Of a stretch of DNA of 64,000 bases, positions 20,189 through 30,426 are shown piece by piece. The notes under the pieces are model-generated. The model searched no databases. It saw nothing but the letters and a program-made list of their open reading frames with translations, and was not told the origin of the DNA. The stretch comes from Alphaproteobacteria bacterium (lineage in GTDB: Bacteria; Pseudomonadota; Alphaproteobacteria; UBA11136). The position numbers and the translations under genes are program-made. Position 1 is the stretch's first letter, and every line of letters begins with the position of its first letter. The DNA is taken from assembly GCA_030739855.1 (NCBI GenBank), contig JASLYJ010000002.1:17793-81792 (forward strand). Direction: 5' to 3'.

Positions 20189-20785
20189 GTGGACATGTAT
20201 TTTTACCCCAATGAACGAATCGCTCTTTTTATTGATGGTTCCAACCTCTATGCGGCAGCGCAATCCGTAGGTTTCAACATCGATTACAAGCGCCTGCTTA
20301 AATTCTTCAGCGAACAAAGCAACCTCATCCGCGCTTATTACTACACCGCCCTCATCGACAACCAGGAATATTCCCCCATCCGGCCACTGGTGGATTGGCT
20401 AGACTATAACGGCTACACCATGGTCACGAAGCCCACTAAGGAATTCACCGATTCCACCGGGAAGCGTAAGATTAAAGGCAATATGGACATCGAAATTGCC
20501 ATCGACATGATGGAGATGGCTGACAAGCTTGATCATATGCTCCTGTTCTCTGGTGATGGCGACTTCCGGCGGCTGGTGGAAGCCGTACAGGGCAAGGGCT
20601 CCCGTGTCACCGTCATCAGCACTGTCCAGTCCTCCCCGCCCATGTGCGCCGATGAGTTGCGTCGTCAGGCCGACCAGTTCGTGGATATTATCATGTTGAA
20701 GGAACATATCGGCCGCGATCACAGTAGTGCGGATGTCCCCCTGCAAGAGGGTCTGGAGGAAGGCAATATGGCGACATCGGCATAA
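20189..20785 (+). CDS. NYN-domain (LabA/DUF88-like) putative RNase
   Basis: 198 aa. A-L-F-I-D-G-S-N-L-Y and L-F-S-G-D-G-D-F acidic motifs of the NYN/LabA fold. The ORF-track start is GTG at 20189; an ATG lies at 20195. Confidence 0.7.
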   Translation: MDMYFYPNERIALFIDGSNLYAAAQSVGFNIDYKRLLKFFSEQSNLIRAYYYTALIDNQEYSPIRPLVDWLDYNGYTMVTKPTKEFTDSTGKRKIKGNMDIEIAIDMMEMADKLDHMLLFSGDGDFRRLVEAVQGKGSRVTVISTVQSSPPMCADELRRQADQFVDIIMLKEHIGRDHSSADVPLQEGLEEGNMATSA

Positions 20786-20801
20786 TGCCGATCATGCCAT
20801 A

Positions 20802-21473
20802 ATGACGAATCCTCCCCTAACCAAGGCTGGAATCCCAAAACCGGATTGCCCCCTTTGCCCCCGGCTGGTCCAGTTCCGGCATGACAACCGCCTTACCAAC
20901 CCGCAATGGTATAACGCTCCGGTGGTTTCCTTCGGCAGTACTGATTCCCGCCTTCTGGTAGTGGGGCTAGCGCCAGGGCTTAAAGGGGCCAATCGAACGG
21001 GACGACCGTTTACCGGCGACTTCGCCGGCGATCTTCTCTACAGGGGTCTGGACAAATTCGGATTCTCCAAGGGGCGCTACGGAACGCACCGCGATGACTC
21101 GCTACAACTTCTTGACTGTCGCATCACCAACGCAGTGCGCTGCGTGCCTCCGGGAAACAAGCCAACAGGCGTTGAAATCGCTACCTGTCGGCCTTTTCTA
21201 GAATCCGAAATCGCTGCCATGAAAAACTTGCGGGTCCTGCTGGCACTGGGCAAAGTGGCCCATGATTCAGTGGTGCGGGCCTTCGGCATGAAGCTCAAGG
21301 ACCGGCCCTTTCGCCATGGCGAGATGCATTCTGTTCTTGGAAAAGTGGCGCTGGCCGACAGCTATCACTGCTCACGCTACAACACCCAGACCGGACGTCT
21401 GACTGAGGCCATGTTCTATGACGTTTTAGCTGGGATCAAGGCACTCACTGACGATAGTGCCAGGATCGGCTGA
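20802..21473 (+). CDS. Uracil-DNA glycosylase superfamily protein, family 5 (UdgB-like) motif pattern
   Basis: Motif G-L-A-P-G-L-K-G-A-N-R-T-G-R-P-F-T-G-D (family-5-type A-x-x-G-x-N-R-T-G) plus Cys residues compatible with an Fe-S cluster. Start trimmed to the ATG at 20802, after the NYN gene stop. Confidence 0.7.
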   Translation: MTNPPLTKAGIPKPDCPLCPRLVQFRHDNRLTNPQWYNAPVVSFGSTDSRLLVVGLAPGLKGANRTGRPFTGDFAGDLLYRGLDKFGFSKGRYGTHRDDSLQLLDCRITNAVRCVPPGNKPTGVEIATCRPFLESEIAAMKNLRVLLALGKVAHDSVVRAFGMKLKDRPFRHGEMHSVLGKVALADSYHCSRYNTQTGRLTEAMFYDVLAGIKALTDDSARIG

Positions 21474-21517
21474 TCAATCCGGGGGAAACTGGCCTCCGGC
21501 GACTATCCCCGGAAGAT

Positions 21518-22000
21518 CTAGCCCTTCTCACGAATAGTTCTGGCCTTTTCCCGCTTCCAGTCCCGTTCCTTGGCACTAGCGCGCTTATCGTACTTTTTCT
21601 TGCCACGAGCGATACCCAGATCCACTTTAGCAATGCCTCGCTCGTTGAAATATAGGGAGAGTGGCACCAGGGTCATACCCTCACGCGTCACCGCTCCGAT
21701 AAGCTTGTTAATCTGCCGTTGGTGCAATAGCAATTGGCGTGGACGTTTTGGTTCGTGGCTATGCTTTCCTGCCGCCTTGTATTGTGGAATATGAGTGTTG
21801 AGAAGAAGTATTTTTCCACCCTTTTCCACCCCGTAGGCCTCGCCTATACTCGCCCTTCCCTGGCGCAGCGACTTAACCTCAGAGCCGGTGAGTACGATAC
21901 CAGCTTCCAGATGATCCTCGATCAGATAATTATGTCGCGCCTTGCGGTTTTTTGCGACGATTCGGTATCCCGTCTCAGCCTCCCTGGCCATGGGAACCAT
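21518..22000 (-). CDS. smpB: SsrA-binding protein
   Basis: 160 aa. A-K-N-R-K-A-R-H-N-Y and a basic C-terminal tail typical of SmpB. Confidence 0.9.
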   Translation of the reverse strand: MVPMAREAETGYRIVAKNRKARHNYLIEDHLEAGIVLTGSEVKSLRQGRASIGEAYGVEKGGKILLLNTHIPQYKAAGKHSHEPKRPRQLLLHQRQINKLIGAVTREGMTLVPLSLYFNERGIAKVDLGIARGKKKYDKRASAKERDWKREKARTIREKG

Positions 22001-22009
22001 CTCCGGGCC

Positions 22010-22885
22010 TCAGGACAAAAGGCCCGCCGAAACCAGAGCCTTGTGGACTTTCTCCTTGGACTCCTCGGCGATTTCGCATAATGGCAAGCGCAGCTCGTCA
22101 GAGCACAGTCCCATCAGGCTGGCGGCGTATTTCACCGGTCCCGGGCTCGATTCACAGAACAAAGCCTCATGAACCGGCAATAGGTGATTATTGATCTCGT
22201 TCACTGTCTCATGATCGCCTTTCATCCACGCCTTGTGCAGGTCGGAGCAGGCGCGCGGAGCGATATTGGACGTCACCGAAATACAGCCTACCCCGCCTTG
22301 GGAAAGGAAGGGAACCACGGTGGCGTCTTCACCAGAAAGCTGGATGAAATCTTCGCCGATGGCCATGCGTGTCCGCAGCGGACGGGTGAGGTCAGCGGTA
22401 GCGTCTTTGACACCAACAATATAGGGCAGTTCAGCCAGACGCCTCATGGTCTCTACTGACATATCCACGACACTACGGCCGGGAATGTTGTAAATGAACA
22501 GCGGCAGTTCGCAAGCATCGTGCACCGCTTTGAAGTGGGCGTAGAGCCCAGCCTGGGTAGGTTTATTATAATAGGGCGTGACCACCAGGGTAGCATCGGC
22601 TCCAGCTTTTGCCGCATGGCGCACAAGCTGGATTGCCTCGTCTGTCGAGTTGGAGCCTGCTCCGGCGATGACCGACACGCGGCTCTTGACGGCTTCGATA
22701 CACATTTCCGTCACGGCCATGTGTTCGGTATGAGTAAGCGTCGGCGACTCGCCCGTGGTGCCACAAGGCACGACGGCGTGTGTCCCCTCCTCTACCTGCC
22801 TCTCTACAAGCGCCCTAAACGTCTTCTCGTCTACTTTACCATTGGTAAACGGGGTGATCAGGGCGGTCATAGACCCCTTCAACAT
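22010..22885 (-). CDS. dapA: 4-hydroxy-tetrahydrodipicolinate synthase
   Basis: 291 aa. G-T-T-G-E-S-P-T-L, Y-N-K-P and the Schiff-base Lys region V-G-V-K-D-A-T. Confidence 0.9.
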   Translation of the reverse strand: MLKGSMTALITPFTNGKVDEKTFRALVERQVEEGTHAVVPCGTTGESPTLTHTEHMAVTEMCIEAVKSRVSVIAGAGSNSTDEAIQLVRHAAKAGADATLVVTPYYNKPTQAGLYAHFKAVHDACELPLFIYNIPGRSVVDMSVETMRRLAELPYIVGVKDATADLTRPLRTRMAIGEDFIQLSGEDATVVPFLSQGGVGCISVTSNIAPRACSDLHKAWMKGDHETVNEINNHLLPVHEALFCESSPGPVKYAASLMGLCSDELRLPLCEIAEESKEKVHKALVSAGLLS

Positions 22886-23092
22886 GAGCCTTACTCCGGT
22901 TGCACGCGATCCCAGCCATGTGCCAGTTCATCGTGTGAAAACTTTGTTTCGCGGGAACATAGACTGACATTCCCGCCGCCACAAGCGCCCGAACGGTAGC
23001 CTTTGCTGAAGAAAGGGGTACAGATTACGCCAGATTGGGACTAAAATGGAGCTCCCAGCGGCTATGCCGCGGCAAGATCAGACGGAGTAGGA

Positions 23093-25156
23093 ATGACAGA
23101 AAGCCTGGGGATAGTGTGGAGGAGAAATCTGGTTTGTTCTTGCGTGGTTTTTTTTCTTGCGGCCTCGCTTCTCTTCACCCCAGCCGCGGCTCCAGGTGAC
23201 TCTTTCGCAGCACCTGCCACAACCAGTCAGACAGCTGAGTCAGCTGAGGTTATTTCCCATGCTCCGGTGGCGGTTTTTAGTCCAAAAACTCTCAGAACTG
23301 CGCGCGCCATCTTCGAGAATATCAATGACAACCGCTGGAAAGCTGCGCGGCGCAAAGCTGCTAAATTGGGAGACCCGCTGTTGGAAACCCTGGTGCAGTG
23401 GCTCGACCTCGAACGCGATGGAAAGCAAAGTTTCGAGGAAATCTCCGCCTTCATCGGGGCCCATCCCGGCTGGCCCAGACTGAGGACACTTATTGCCCAT
23501 GCAGAGGAAGCTATTACCGACGCCACCCCCGATACGCTGGTACTAGCTTGGTTCGACTCTCATAGGCCAATCACCACCAATGGACTGGTCCGCTATGGCG
23601 AAGCCCTGCTTCGCGAAGGACGGGATACAGAGGGAATAGGCATCATCCGGCGCGCTTGGATTGAGGGAAATTTTGGTTATCGTCAGGAACGCACATTTAT
23701 CTCTCGTCATCACAAACGCTGGACACGAGAGGATAACTGGACCCGTCTCGACCGGCTGCTGTGGGAAGGCAAGCTCAAGGCCGCACGCCGCACCATGCGC
23801 CGTGTGGATAAGGACCTCCAGGTCTTAGCCGAGGCCAGGCTGAGACTACGGTTAAACCGTGGCGGCGTGGATTGGGCCATACGCCGCGTTCCGGCCCATC
23901 TTTTGCATGATCCAGCATTCCTTTACGAACGGCTACGCTGGCGGCGGCGGCATGACAGGGACAATGCCAAGGAGATTCTGGAGGAACTGCCCTTTGATCT
24001 TGCTCATCTTCAACTGTGGTGGATAGAGCGGGCGGCCGTCGTAAGACAGACACTGGCCAAGGGGAATATCTCCGCGGCCTACCAACTCGCCAGTAACCAT
24101 AGGCAGATTGAAGGCGCCAGCTTCGCCGAGGCGGAATGGCTGTCGGGATGGATCGCCCTGCGCTTTCTCCACGACAACGAGACCGCCCTCAACCATTTTA
24201 CGAAGCTTTACGACAGCGTGCGCTATCCCATCAGCCGCTCACGGGCAGCCTATTGGGCGGCACGGGCGGCGGAAAGCCTGGGCCGCGCTGAACTGCAGCA
24301 AGGGTGGTATGCTAAAGCGGTGGAATTTCCTACCACCTTTCACGGCCAGCTCGCAACGGCCCGTCTTGAGGGCAAAATCCCGCTTTCCCTACCACCAGAC
24401 CCCTTGCCCACATCGCAAGAAAGGGAACGGTTCAACAACATTGACCTGGTGCGGGTAGTGAGAATGCTGGGAGAAATCGGCGAATACAAACAGATCAAGC
24501 CCTTCGTCATTCACCTTAACGATATAGTGACCACACCGGGGGAACGCGCCCTAGTGGCTGATCTTGCCTACAACAACGAACGGCTCGACGTAGCCGTGAA
24601 GGTTGCCCGCCAGGCGATCCGCAACGGCGTCAATCTGGTGTCCCGAGGCTATCCCATCTTTACCCAGGTCGACAGAGATCACCACGAAACCCCCCTGATC
24701 CTGGCCCTGATGCGCCAGGAAAGCGGCTTCGACAGCTACGCCAAAAGCCGCACTGGAGCACGCGGACTGATGCAGATCATGCCGGCCACAGCGAAGAGCA
24801 TAGCCAGGAAGCTTAACGTGCCCTATTCAAAATCTCGCCTGATAACGGACCCGGGATATAACCTGATGTTGGGCCATGCCTATATTTCCAACCTTTTAAA
24901 TAGGTACGACAATTCTTATGTTCTGGCTCTTGCCGCCTATAACGCCGGACCCAAATGGGTGAAACGATGGCGGCGCGATAATGGCGATCCGCGTTCCCAT
25001 GACGTGGATGCTCTTGACTGGATCGAACGCATCCCCTTAGCCGAGACCCGTAACTATATTCAGCGTGTCCTTAGTAATCTCCAAGTCTATCGCATACGTC
25101 TCAATACACCTCAGGCAGCCTGGTCATTAGAAAATGACCTCCACTACCGGGATTAA
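23093..25156 (+). CDS. Soluble lytic murein transglycosylase (Slt70-like)
   Basis: 687 aa with an N-terminal signal-like hydrophobic segment, a long helical superhelix region and a C-terminal SLT domain (R-Q-E-S-G-F...G-L-M-Q-I-M-P-A-T-A...A-Y-N-A-G-P). Confidence 0.85.
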   Translation: MTESLGIVWRRNLVCSCVVFFLAASLLFTPAAAPGDSFAAPATTSQTAESAEVISHAPVAVFSPKTLRTARAIFENINDNRWKAARRKAAKLGDPLLETLVQWLDLERDGKQSFEEISAFIGAHPGWPRLRTLIAHAEEAITDATPDTLVLAWFDSHRPITTNGLVRYGEALLREGRDTEGIGIIRRAWIEGNFGYRQERTFISRHHKRWTREDNWTRLDRLLWEGKLKAARRTMRRVDKDLQVLAEARLRLRLNRGGVDWAIRRVPAHLLHDPAFLYERLRWRRRHDRDNAKEILEELPFDLAHLQLWWIERAAVVRQTLAKGNISAAYQLASNHRQIEGASFAEAEWLSGWIALRFLHDNETALNHFTKLYDSVRYPISRSRAAYWAARAAESLGRAELQQGWYAKAVEFPTTFHGQLATARLEGKIPLSLPPDPLPTSQERERFNNIDLVRVVRMLGEIGEYKQIKPFVIHLNDIVTTPGERALVADLAYNNERLDVAVKVARQAIRNGVNLVSRGYPIFTQVDRDHHETPLILALMRQESGFDSYAKSRTGARGLMQIMPATAKSIARKLNVPYSKSRLITDPGYNLMLGHAYISNLLNRYDNSYVLALAAYNAGPKWVKRWRRDNGDPRSHDVDALDWIERIPLAETRNYIQRVLSNLQVYRIRLNTPQAAWSLENDLHYRD

Positions 25157-25296
25157 AACGGCACTTTAAATGGAGATGCTAAAAACCACTTTCTCTACGG
25201 GCTCAAAAACCAGATGCCACTTGTCAGGCTAATTCAGAGCCGTATGTTGGGGTGGGAACCTTTACGCTCTGTCCTTCTCTTTAACCCCGAAAGACC

Positions 25297-26301
25297 ATGG
25301 ATACGACACTCATTCAAAGCCACGCGCCTATTTTTGCCCTCGTGGGCCTCGGCTTCCTTCTAGGCGGGGGGTATTCCCTAGTCTCAGGAACAGTGAGTAT
25401 CGCCAGGCGTCTTAATATATCGCTACTGTTCGTGAGCCTTGTGACCATCAGTATAGGCACATCGCTTCCCGAGCTTGCCGTTTCCCTCGACGCCGCGCTT
25501 ATAAAAAAACCTGACATAGCGCTGGGAAATGTGGTGGGCAGTAATATTGCCAACATTCTCCTGGTCCTAGGTGTTTCGGCCCTGATACGGCCCCTCGTCT
25601 TCAGCCGCAAAGTCATTAAGTTCGACAGCATGGTTATGGTTGCCGCCAGCCTAGTGTTTTTTATTTTTACCCTTGCTTGGCTGGATTCTCTACCCAATTG
25701 GATTGGCGGCGTCTTCATTGCCACGTTGGCTACCTTCATTATCATTTCCTACAGGGTAAAGGAGGTGGCTCCTGCTACCTCTCCTGAACGCCTCTACCAT
25801 GAACAGGAAGCCAGGAAGTTCGACGACACCAGCGGCATGTCTCATTTCATTACTCTGACCCTACTCGGCATAGTGGGGGTGGTTCTGGGGGCCTGGTTTT
25901 TCGTGGACAGCGCGGCGACAATCGCCCGTGATCTTGGGGTCTCCGAAGCCGCCATCGGCCTTACCATGGTGGCCGTGGGAACCTCTCTGCCGGAGCTGGT
26001 GACAGCCCTGATCGCGACATACCGGAAGGAAACGCAAGTAATCCTCGGTAATGTGATTGGAAGCAATATATTCAATGTCCTCGGCGTTCTTGGCGCCACA
26101 CTTTTGGTGGCGGGGAAAGAGATTTCCCCCAATAATTTCTTCGGCGATATGATTATCTTTCTTTTAGTCACCCTGGCCGTAACTCCCTTTTTGTTTAGAT
26201 TTGGGCGTATCGGCAAGCTGGCGGGCGGTGTCTTCCTACTCGGGTACGTCGCTTACGTGGACTGGGTCTATACGACGACGCCCCTGATGTTCTGGGACTA
26301 A
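25297..26301 (+). CDS. CaCA-family cation/Ca2+ antiporter (YrbG-like)
   Basis: 334 aa polytopic. Two alpha-repeats, G-N-V-V-G-S-N-I-A-N-I-L-L-V-L-G and G-N-V-I-G-S-N-I-F-N-V-L-G-V-L-G. Confidence 0.8.
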   Translation: MDTTLIQSHAPIFALVGLGFLLGGGYSLVSGTVSIARRLNISLLFVSLVTISIGTSLPELAVSLDAALIKKPDIALGNVVGSNIANILLVLGVSALIRPLVFSRKVIKFDSMVMVAASLVFFIFTLAWLDSLPNWIGGVFIATLATFIIISYRVKEVAPATSPERLYHEQEARKFDDTSGMSHFITLTLLGIVGVVLGAWFFVDSAATIARDLGVSEAAIGLTMVAVGTSLPELVTALIATYRKETQVILGNVIGSNIFNVLGVLGATLLVAGKEISPNNFFGDMIIFLLVTLAVTPFLFRFGRIGKLAGGVFLLGYVAYVDWVYTTTPLMFWD

Positions 26302-26346
26302 GCAATTCCAGAGGGGCGTGATGTAGCCGCGGGATCCTTAAGGTGG

Positions 26347-26439
26347 TGGCGGAGGGAGAGGGATTCGAACCCTCGATACGGTGTTAAACCGTATAACGGT
26401 TTAGCAAACCGTCGCCTTCAGCCACTCGGCCACCCCTCC
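26347..26439 (-). tRNA. tRNA-Ser (anticodon GCU), class II with a long variable arm; CCA encoded
   Basis: Hand-folded cloverleaf on the minus strand: acceptor GGAGGGG/TCCCTCC, D arm GCC...GGC, anticodon arm ACGGT-TTGCTAA-ACCGT (anticodon GCT), 7-bp variable arm ATACGGT/ACCGTAT, T arm GAGGG-TTCGAAT-CCCTC, discriminator G, CCA. Confidence 0.9.
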
Positions 26440-26554
26440 GTTATGAACTGCGCCGCGCAAGAACAAAAAGTGAGCGGGCTCTTTCCCTGAGTTTCTACAA
26501 ACCGCCGTGAAGCCTGTCAACGATGGCGGGAAATACCCCGCCGAATCCCTTACC

Positions 26555-28012
26555 CTAGCTACCTAGCTTGGCCTTGAGAACCTCGTTGACCATACCAGGA
26601 TTGGCCTTACCGCCAGTAGCCTTCATCACCTGGCCCACAAAGAAGCCGAAGAGTTTGTCCTTACCTGCCTTATATTCTGCCAACTTGTCGGTGTGGACCT
26701 CCAGAACCTTGTCCACTTCCGCTTCAATAACACCCGTATCGGTGATCTGTTTCAGTTGCCTTTCCTTCACCAGCACGGCGGCCTCTTTCCCTGTCTCAAC
26801 CATGGCCTCGAGCACGTCCTTGGCCAGGCGCCCGGACAAGGTGCCGTCGCTGATAAGATCAAGAAGCCCACCCAGCATCGCCGCACTCACCGGGGACTCC
26901 TCGATACCGACGCCGCTTTTGTTGAGAACCCCGAATAGATCTCCCGTGACCCAGTTACAGGCCAGCTTCGGGTCGCGGCCTTTGGTCATCTCCTCATAAA
27001 AGTCCGCCGTGGCTCGTTCTGTCGCCAGCAGGCCTGCATCTTCCTCTGCTAGGCCGTATTCTGACATGAGCCGTTCCTTCTTGGCATCGGGTAGTTCCGG
27101 CAGACTGGCGCGGATGTTTTCCACGAATTCTTGATCGATCTCCAGCGGCAATAGATCAGGGTCTGGGAAATAGCGATAATCGTGAGATTCTTCCTTACTA
27201 CGCATGCTGCGAGTGGTGCAGTTACTGGAATCGAAGAGCCGGGTCTCCAGCTCCACTACGCCGTTGTTTTCAACAAGTTCGATCTGACGCCGCGCCTCGT
27301 ATTCGATAGCTTGCTGCACAAAACGGACAGAGTTCACGTTCTTGATCTCACAGCGCGTACCGAATTCCTCCCCAGGGTGGCGCACTGACACATTGGCATC
27401 ACATCGCAAGCTGCCCTGTTCCATATTGCCATCGCAGGTGCCGAGATAACGCAGGATAGAGCGTAGTTTACGGAGATAAGCCACAGCCTCCTCTGGTGAG
27501 CGCATGTCGGGCTCAGAGACAATCTCCATCAGCGCCACCCCAGAACGGTTGAGGTCGACAAAGGTGTGTGAGGGATGCTGATCGTGGAGGCTCTTTCCCG
27601 CGTCCTGTTCAAGATGAATGCGGGTGATCCCCACCTCACGGGTCTCGCCGCCATCCAGGTCGAGAATGATGGTACCATGTCCAACGATAGGCTGAGAGAA
27701 CTGGGAAATTTGATAGCCTGGGGGCAGGTCAGGATAGAAATAATTCTTGCGATCAAACACCGAGACTAGGTTGATCTTGGCGTTGAGCCCCAGCCCCGTA
27801 CGCACCGCCTGTTCCACCGCGATCTGGTTGATCACCGGCAGCATTCCAGGCATGGCCGCATCCACCAGCGAGACCTGAGTGTTGGGTTCGGCACCAAAGG
27901 TGGCGGCTGCACCCGAGAAAAGCTTGGCCTTGCTAATAACCTGAGCATGGACCTCCAGTCCGATCACCATCTCCCAGTCGCCGGTATTTCCCTGCAACAA
28001 GGTCATGATCAC
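26555..28012 (-). CDS. gatB: Asp-tRNA(Asn)/Glu-tRNA(Gln) amidotransferase subunit B
   Basis: 485 aa. [13 protein letters not shown]-terminus and a C-terminal YqeY-like tail. The start overlaps the gatA stop (ATGA). Confidence 0.9.
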   Translation of the reverse strand: MIMTLLQGNTGDWEMVIGLEVHAQVISKAKLFSGAAATFGAEPNTQVSLVDAAMPGMLPVINQIAVEQAVRTGLGLNAKINLVSVFDRKNYFYPDLPPGYQISQFSQPIVGHGTIILDLDGGETREVGITRIHLEQDAGKSLHDQHPSHTFVDLNRSGVALMEIVSEPDMRSPEEAVAYLRKLRSILRYLGTCDGNMEQGSLRCDANVSVRHPGEEFGTRCEIKNVNSVRFVQQAIEYEARRQIELVENNGVVELETRLFDSSNCTTRSMRSKEESHDYRYFPDPDLLPLEIDQEFVENIRASLPELPDAKKERLMSEYGLAEEDAGLLATERATADFYEEMTKGRDPKLACNWVTGDLFGVLNKSGVGIEESPVSAAMLGGLLDLISDGTLSGRLAKDVLEAMVETGKEAAVLVKERQLKQITDTGVIEAEVDKVLEVHTDKLAEYKAGKDKLFGFFVGQVMKATGGKANPGMVNEVLKAKLGS

Positions 28013-29493
28013 GCCCCCACCATGAGTGCTGGCTCTACGTCGAAATTAGCTGCTTCTTCCACGGTGCGAGCCGTACAAAACATGGTTTCCTCATCAAAAG
28101 GTCGGGCGATGAGCTGGAGACCCAGGGGCAAACCATCGCTGGAAAGCCCGGCGGGCAATGAAATAGCTGGCAGTCCAGCCAAGCTCGCGGGCACCGTGAA
28201 TACGTCGTTGAGATACATGGCTATCGGGTCGTCCATTTTCTCACCTATGGCGAAGGCGGGGCTTGGTGCGGTAGGCGTCAGCAATACATCCACTTTCTCA
28301 AAGGCCTCTCGGAAATCTTCGGAGATCAGGGCGCGCAGTTTCTGTGCCTTAAGGTAATAGGCGTCGTAATAGCCCGCCGACAGGACATAAGTACCAATCA
28401 GCACCCGCCGTCTCACCTCGGCACCAAAGCCTTCGCCTCGGGTATTCTCGTACATCTCCTGTAGCGTTTCCCCCTCAGCTCGAAAGCCGTAGCGTACCCC
28501 GTCATAGCGAGCCAAGTTGGAGGAAGCCTCCGCAGGGGCAACGATGTAATAAGTGGGCAATGCATATTTGGTGTGGGGAAGAGAGACAGGCACCATCTCG
28601 GTCCCGGCTGCCGTCAACCATTCCTTGCCCCGATCCCACAGGGCCAGCAAGTCCCGGCTCATACCTTCCATATTATATTCCTCAGGGATACCTACTTTTA
28701 GGCCCTTCACTTTCTGCTCAAGGGCGGTTTCGAAGTTAGGCGTGGGCTTGTCGGCGGAAGTGGAATCCTTGGGGTCGTAACCAGCCATAGCGCCTAGCAT
28801 GATGGCGCCGTCACGCACCGTGCGGGTCATGGGGCCAGCCTGGTCAAGGGAGGAAGCGAAGGCGACGATGCCCCAACGCGAACAGCGGCCATAGGTTGGT
28901 TTAACCCCGACGATACCACAAAAGGAAGCAGGCTGGCGGATAGAACCTCCGGTATCGGTACCGGTGGCCCCGAGCGCTGCTCGCGCCGCCACCGCCGACG
29001 CCGAACCTCCCGACGACCCGCCAGGGACCAAGGGCTTATCGTCATCCTTGCGCTGCCAGGGATTTACCGTTGGACCGTAATAGCTGGTGACGGTTGCCGA
29101 ACCCATGGCAAATTCATCCATGTTAGTCTTGCCCAGCATTACCGCCCCAGCCCTCCAGAGATTAGCTGTCACCGTGGACTCGTAAGGGGGCGTGAAACTG
29201 TCAAGAATATGGGAGGATGCGGTGGTGAGAACCCCTTCGGTACAGAACAGGTCCTTGATAGCGATGGGTAGGCCTTCCATACTTCCGGGCTCGTCTCTAT
29301 CCTTGGCGCGTCTGGCATCAGATTCTTGCGCCGCCTTCATAGCCCGTTCCGGCGTTTCGGTAACAAAGGCGTTAAGCCCACGGGACACCTCAAGGGCTGC
29401 AATATGGGCTTGCGTCAGTTCGGCGGAACTAAACTCGCCCTTTGCTAGCCCGTCACGGGCCTGAGCCATAGTAAGATGATTGAGTTCGCTCAC
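28009..29493 (-). CDS. gatA: Asp-tRNA(Asn)/Glu-tRNA(Gln) amidotransferase subunit A
   Basis: 494 aa. Amidase signature G-G-S-S-G-G-S-A and [12 protein letters not shown]. Confidence 0.9.
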   Translation of the reverse strand: MSELNHLTMAQARDGLAKGEFSSAELTQAHIAALEVSRGLNAFVTETPERAMKAAQESDARRAKDRDEPGSMEGLPIAIKDLFCTEGVLTTASSHILDSFTPPYESTVTANLWRAGAVMLGKTNMDEFAMGSATVTSYYGPTVNPWQRKDDDKPLVPGGSSGGSASAVAARAALGATGTDTGGSIRQPASFCGIVGVKPTYGRCSRWGIVAFASSLDQAGPMTRTVRDGAIMLGAMAGYDPKDSTSADKPTPNFETALEQKVKGLKVGIPEEYNMEGMSRDLLALWDRGKEWLTAAGTEMVPVSLPHTKYALPTYYIVAPAEASSNLARYDGVRYGFRAEGETLQEMYENTRGEGFGAEVRRRVLIGTYVLSAGYYDAYYLKAQKLRALISEDFREAFEKVDVLLTPTAPSPAFAIGEKMDDPIAMYLNDVFTVPASLAGLPAISLPAGLSSDGLPLGLQLIARPFDEETMFCTARTVEEAANFDVEPALMVGA

Positions 29494-29513
29494 AGAGATT
29501 ACCCCCCCCTCCC

Positions 29514-29801
29514 CTACTCAATCACCTTGGGGACAGCGAAGAATCCTTGAGACTTTTTTGGCGCGTTGGCGAGAATACGCTCACAGCAGTCACCGTCAGT
29601 TACTTCATCAGGGCGCCAGATCAGTTTCACATCCACTACGCTAGCCATGGGTGAAACGGCATCGGTATTCACCTCATCAAGCTGCTCCACCCAGCCGATG
29701 ATCTTGTCCATCTCTGAAGCTAGGCCTTCAAGTTCCTCTTCAGGAACTCTGATGCGAGCAAGGGTTGCAATTTGCACCACGGTGGATTTGTCGAGCGACA
29801 T
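29514..29801 (-). CDS. gatC: Asp-tRNA(Asn)/Glu-tRNA(Gln) amidotransferase subunit C
   Basis: 95 aa. Position directly upstream of gatA and a typical GatC length and N-terminus (V...I-A-x-L-A-R-I). Confidence 0.85.
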   Translation of the reverse strand: MSLDKSTVVQIATLARIRVPEEELEGLASEMDKIIGWVEQLDEVNTDAVSPMASVVDVKLIWRPDEVTDGDCCERILANAPKKSQGFFAVPKVIE

Positions 29802-29958
29802 CTATGGATTCCTTTGTTTTTTTGTAACGTCTGTATCTTCCGCTAAAAAAAGGTATGCTCTCCATAAACCTCCCCCAGTCACTCAAAAAGACGCTCAGAA
29901 ATCTCGTAAAAGCTGCCCTTCAGGGGCCGGAAAATGAAGGCAAAATCTATCACCCAGC

Positions 29959-30426
29959 ATGACCATCTGCAACCTCACAGAACTGCCAAAAATGCTTGGC
30001 CAAGGCCAGCGATTGCTGGGAATTGACCTAGGTGAAAAAACCCTGGGGCTAGCCCTCTCCGATCCTGGACTGACTATCGCTTCGCCGCTGGAAACTATCA
30101 AACGCACTCGCTTCAGCAAGGACGTGGAAACTCTACTCAGCATCATGGAAAAACACGGTATCGGTGCCATCGTGATCGGCTTACCGATAAATATGAACGG
30201 CAGTGAAGGCCCACGCTGCCAGTCGGTACGCCAGTTTGCGGATAATCTTCTGGAAAAGAAAGAAACAACTATCGTCTTCTGGGACGAGAGACTTTCCACC
30301 GTCGCTGTCACCTACACACTGCTGGAGGCCAATATGTCGCGCAAGCGCCGGGCACAGGTAGTGGATAAGATGGCCGCCGCTTACATCCTGCAGGGGGCAC
30401 TTGATCGAATAAAAGAAGGTCCATGA
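29959..30426 (+). CDS. ruvX: Putative pre-16S rRNA nuclease / Holliday junction resolvase-like protein (YqgF)
   Basis: 155 aa. L-L-G-I-D-L-G-E-K-T-L-G-L-A-L-S-D RNase-H-fold start and D-E-R-L-S-T. Confidence 0.85.
   Translation: MTICNLTELPKMLGQGQRLLGIDLGEKTLGLALSDPGLTIASPLETIKRTRFSKDVETLLSIMEKHGIGAIVIGLPINMNGSEGPRCQSVRQFADNLLEKKETTIVFWDERLSTVAVTYTLLEANMSRKRRAQVVDKMAAAYILQGALDRIKEGP

Noticed and set aside
26302-26554. tRNA-Ser flanks examined as a possible integration hotspot or genomic-island boundary
   Set aside because: No integrase, no direct repeat of the tRNA 3' end, and no accessory genes on either side (CaCA antiporter and gatB are housekeeping).
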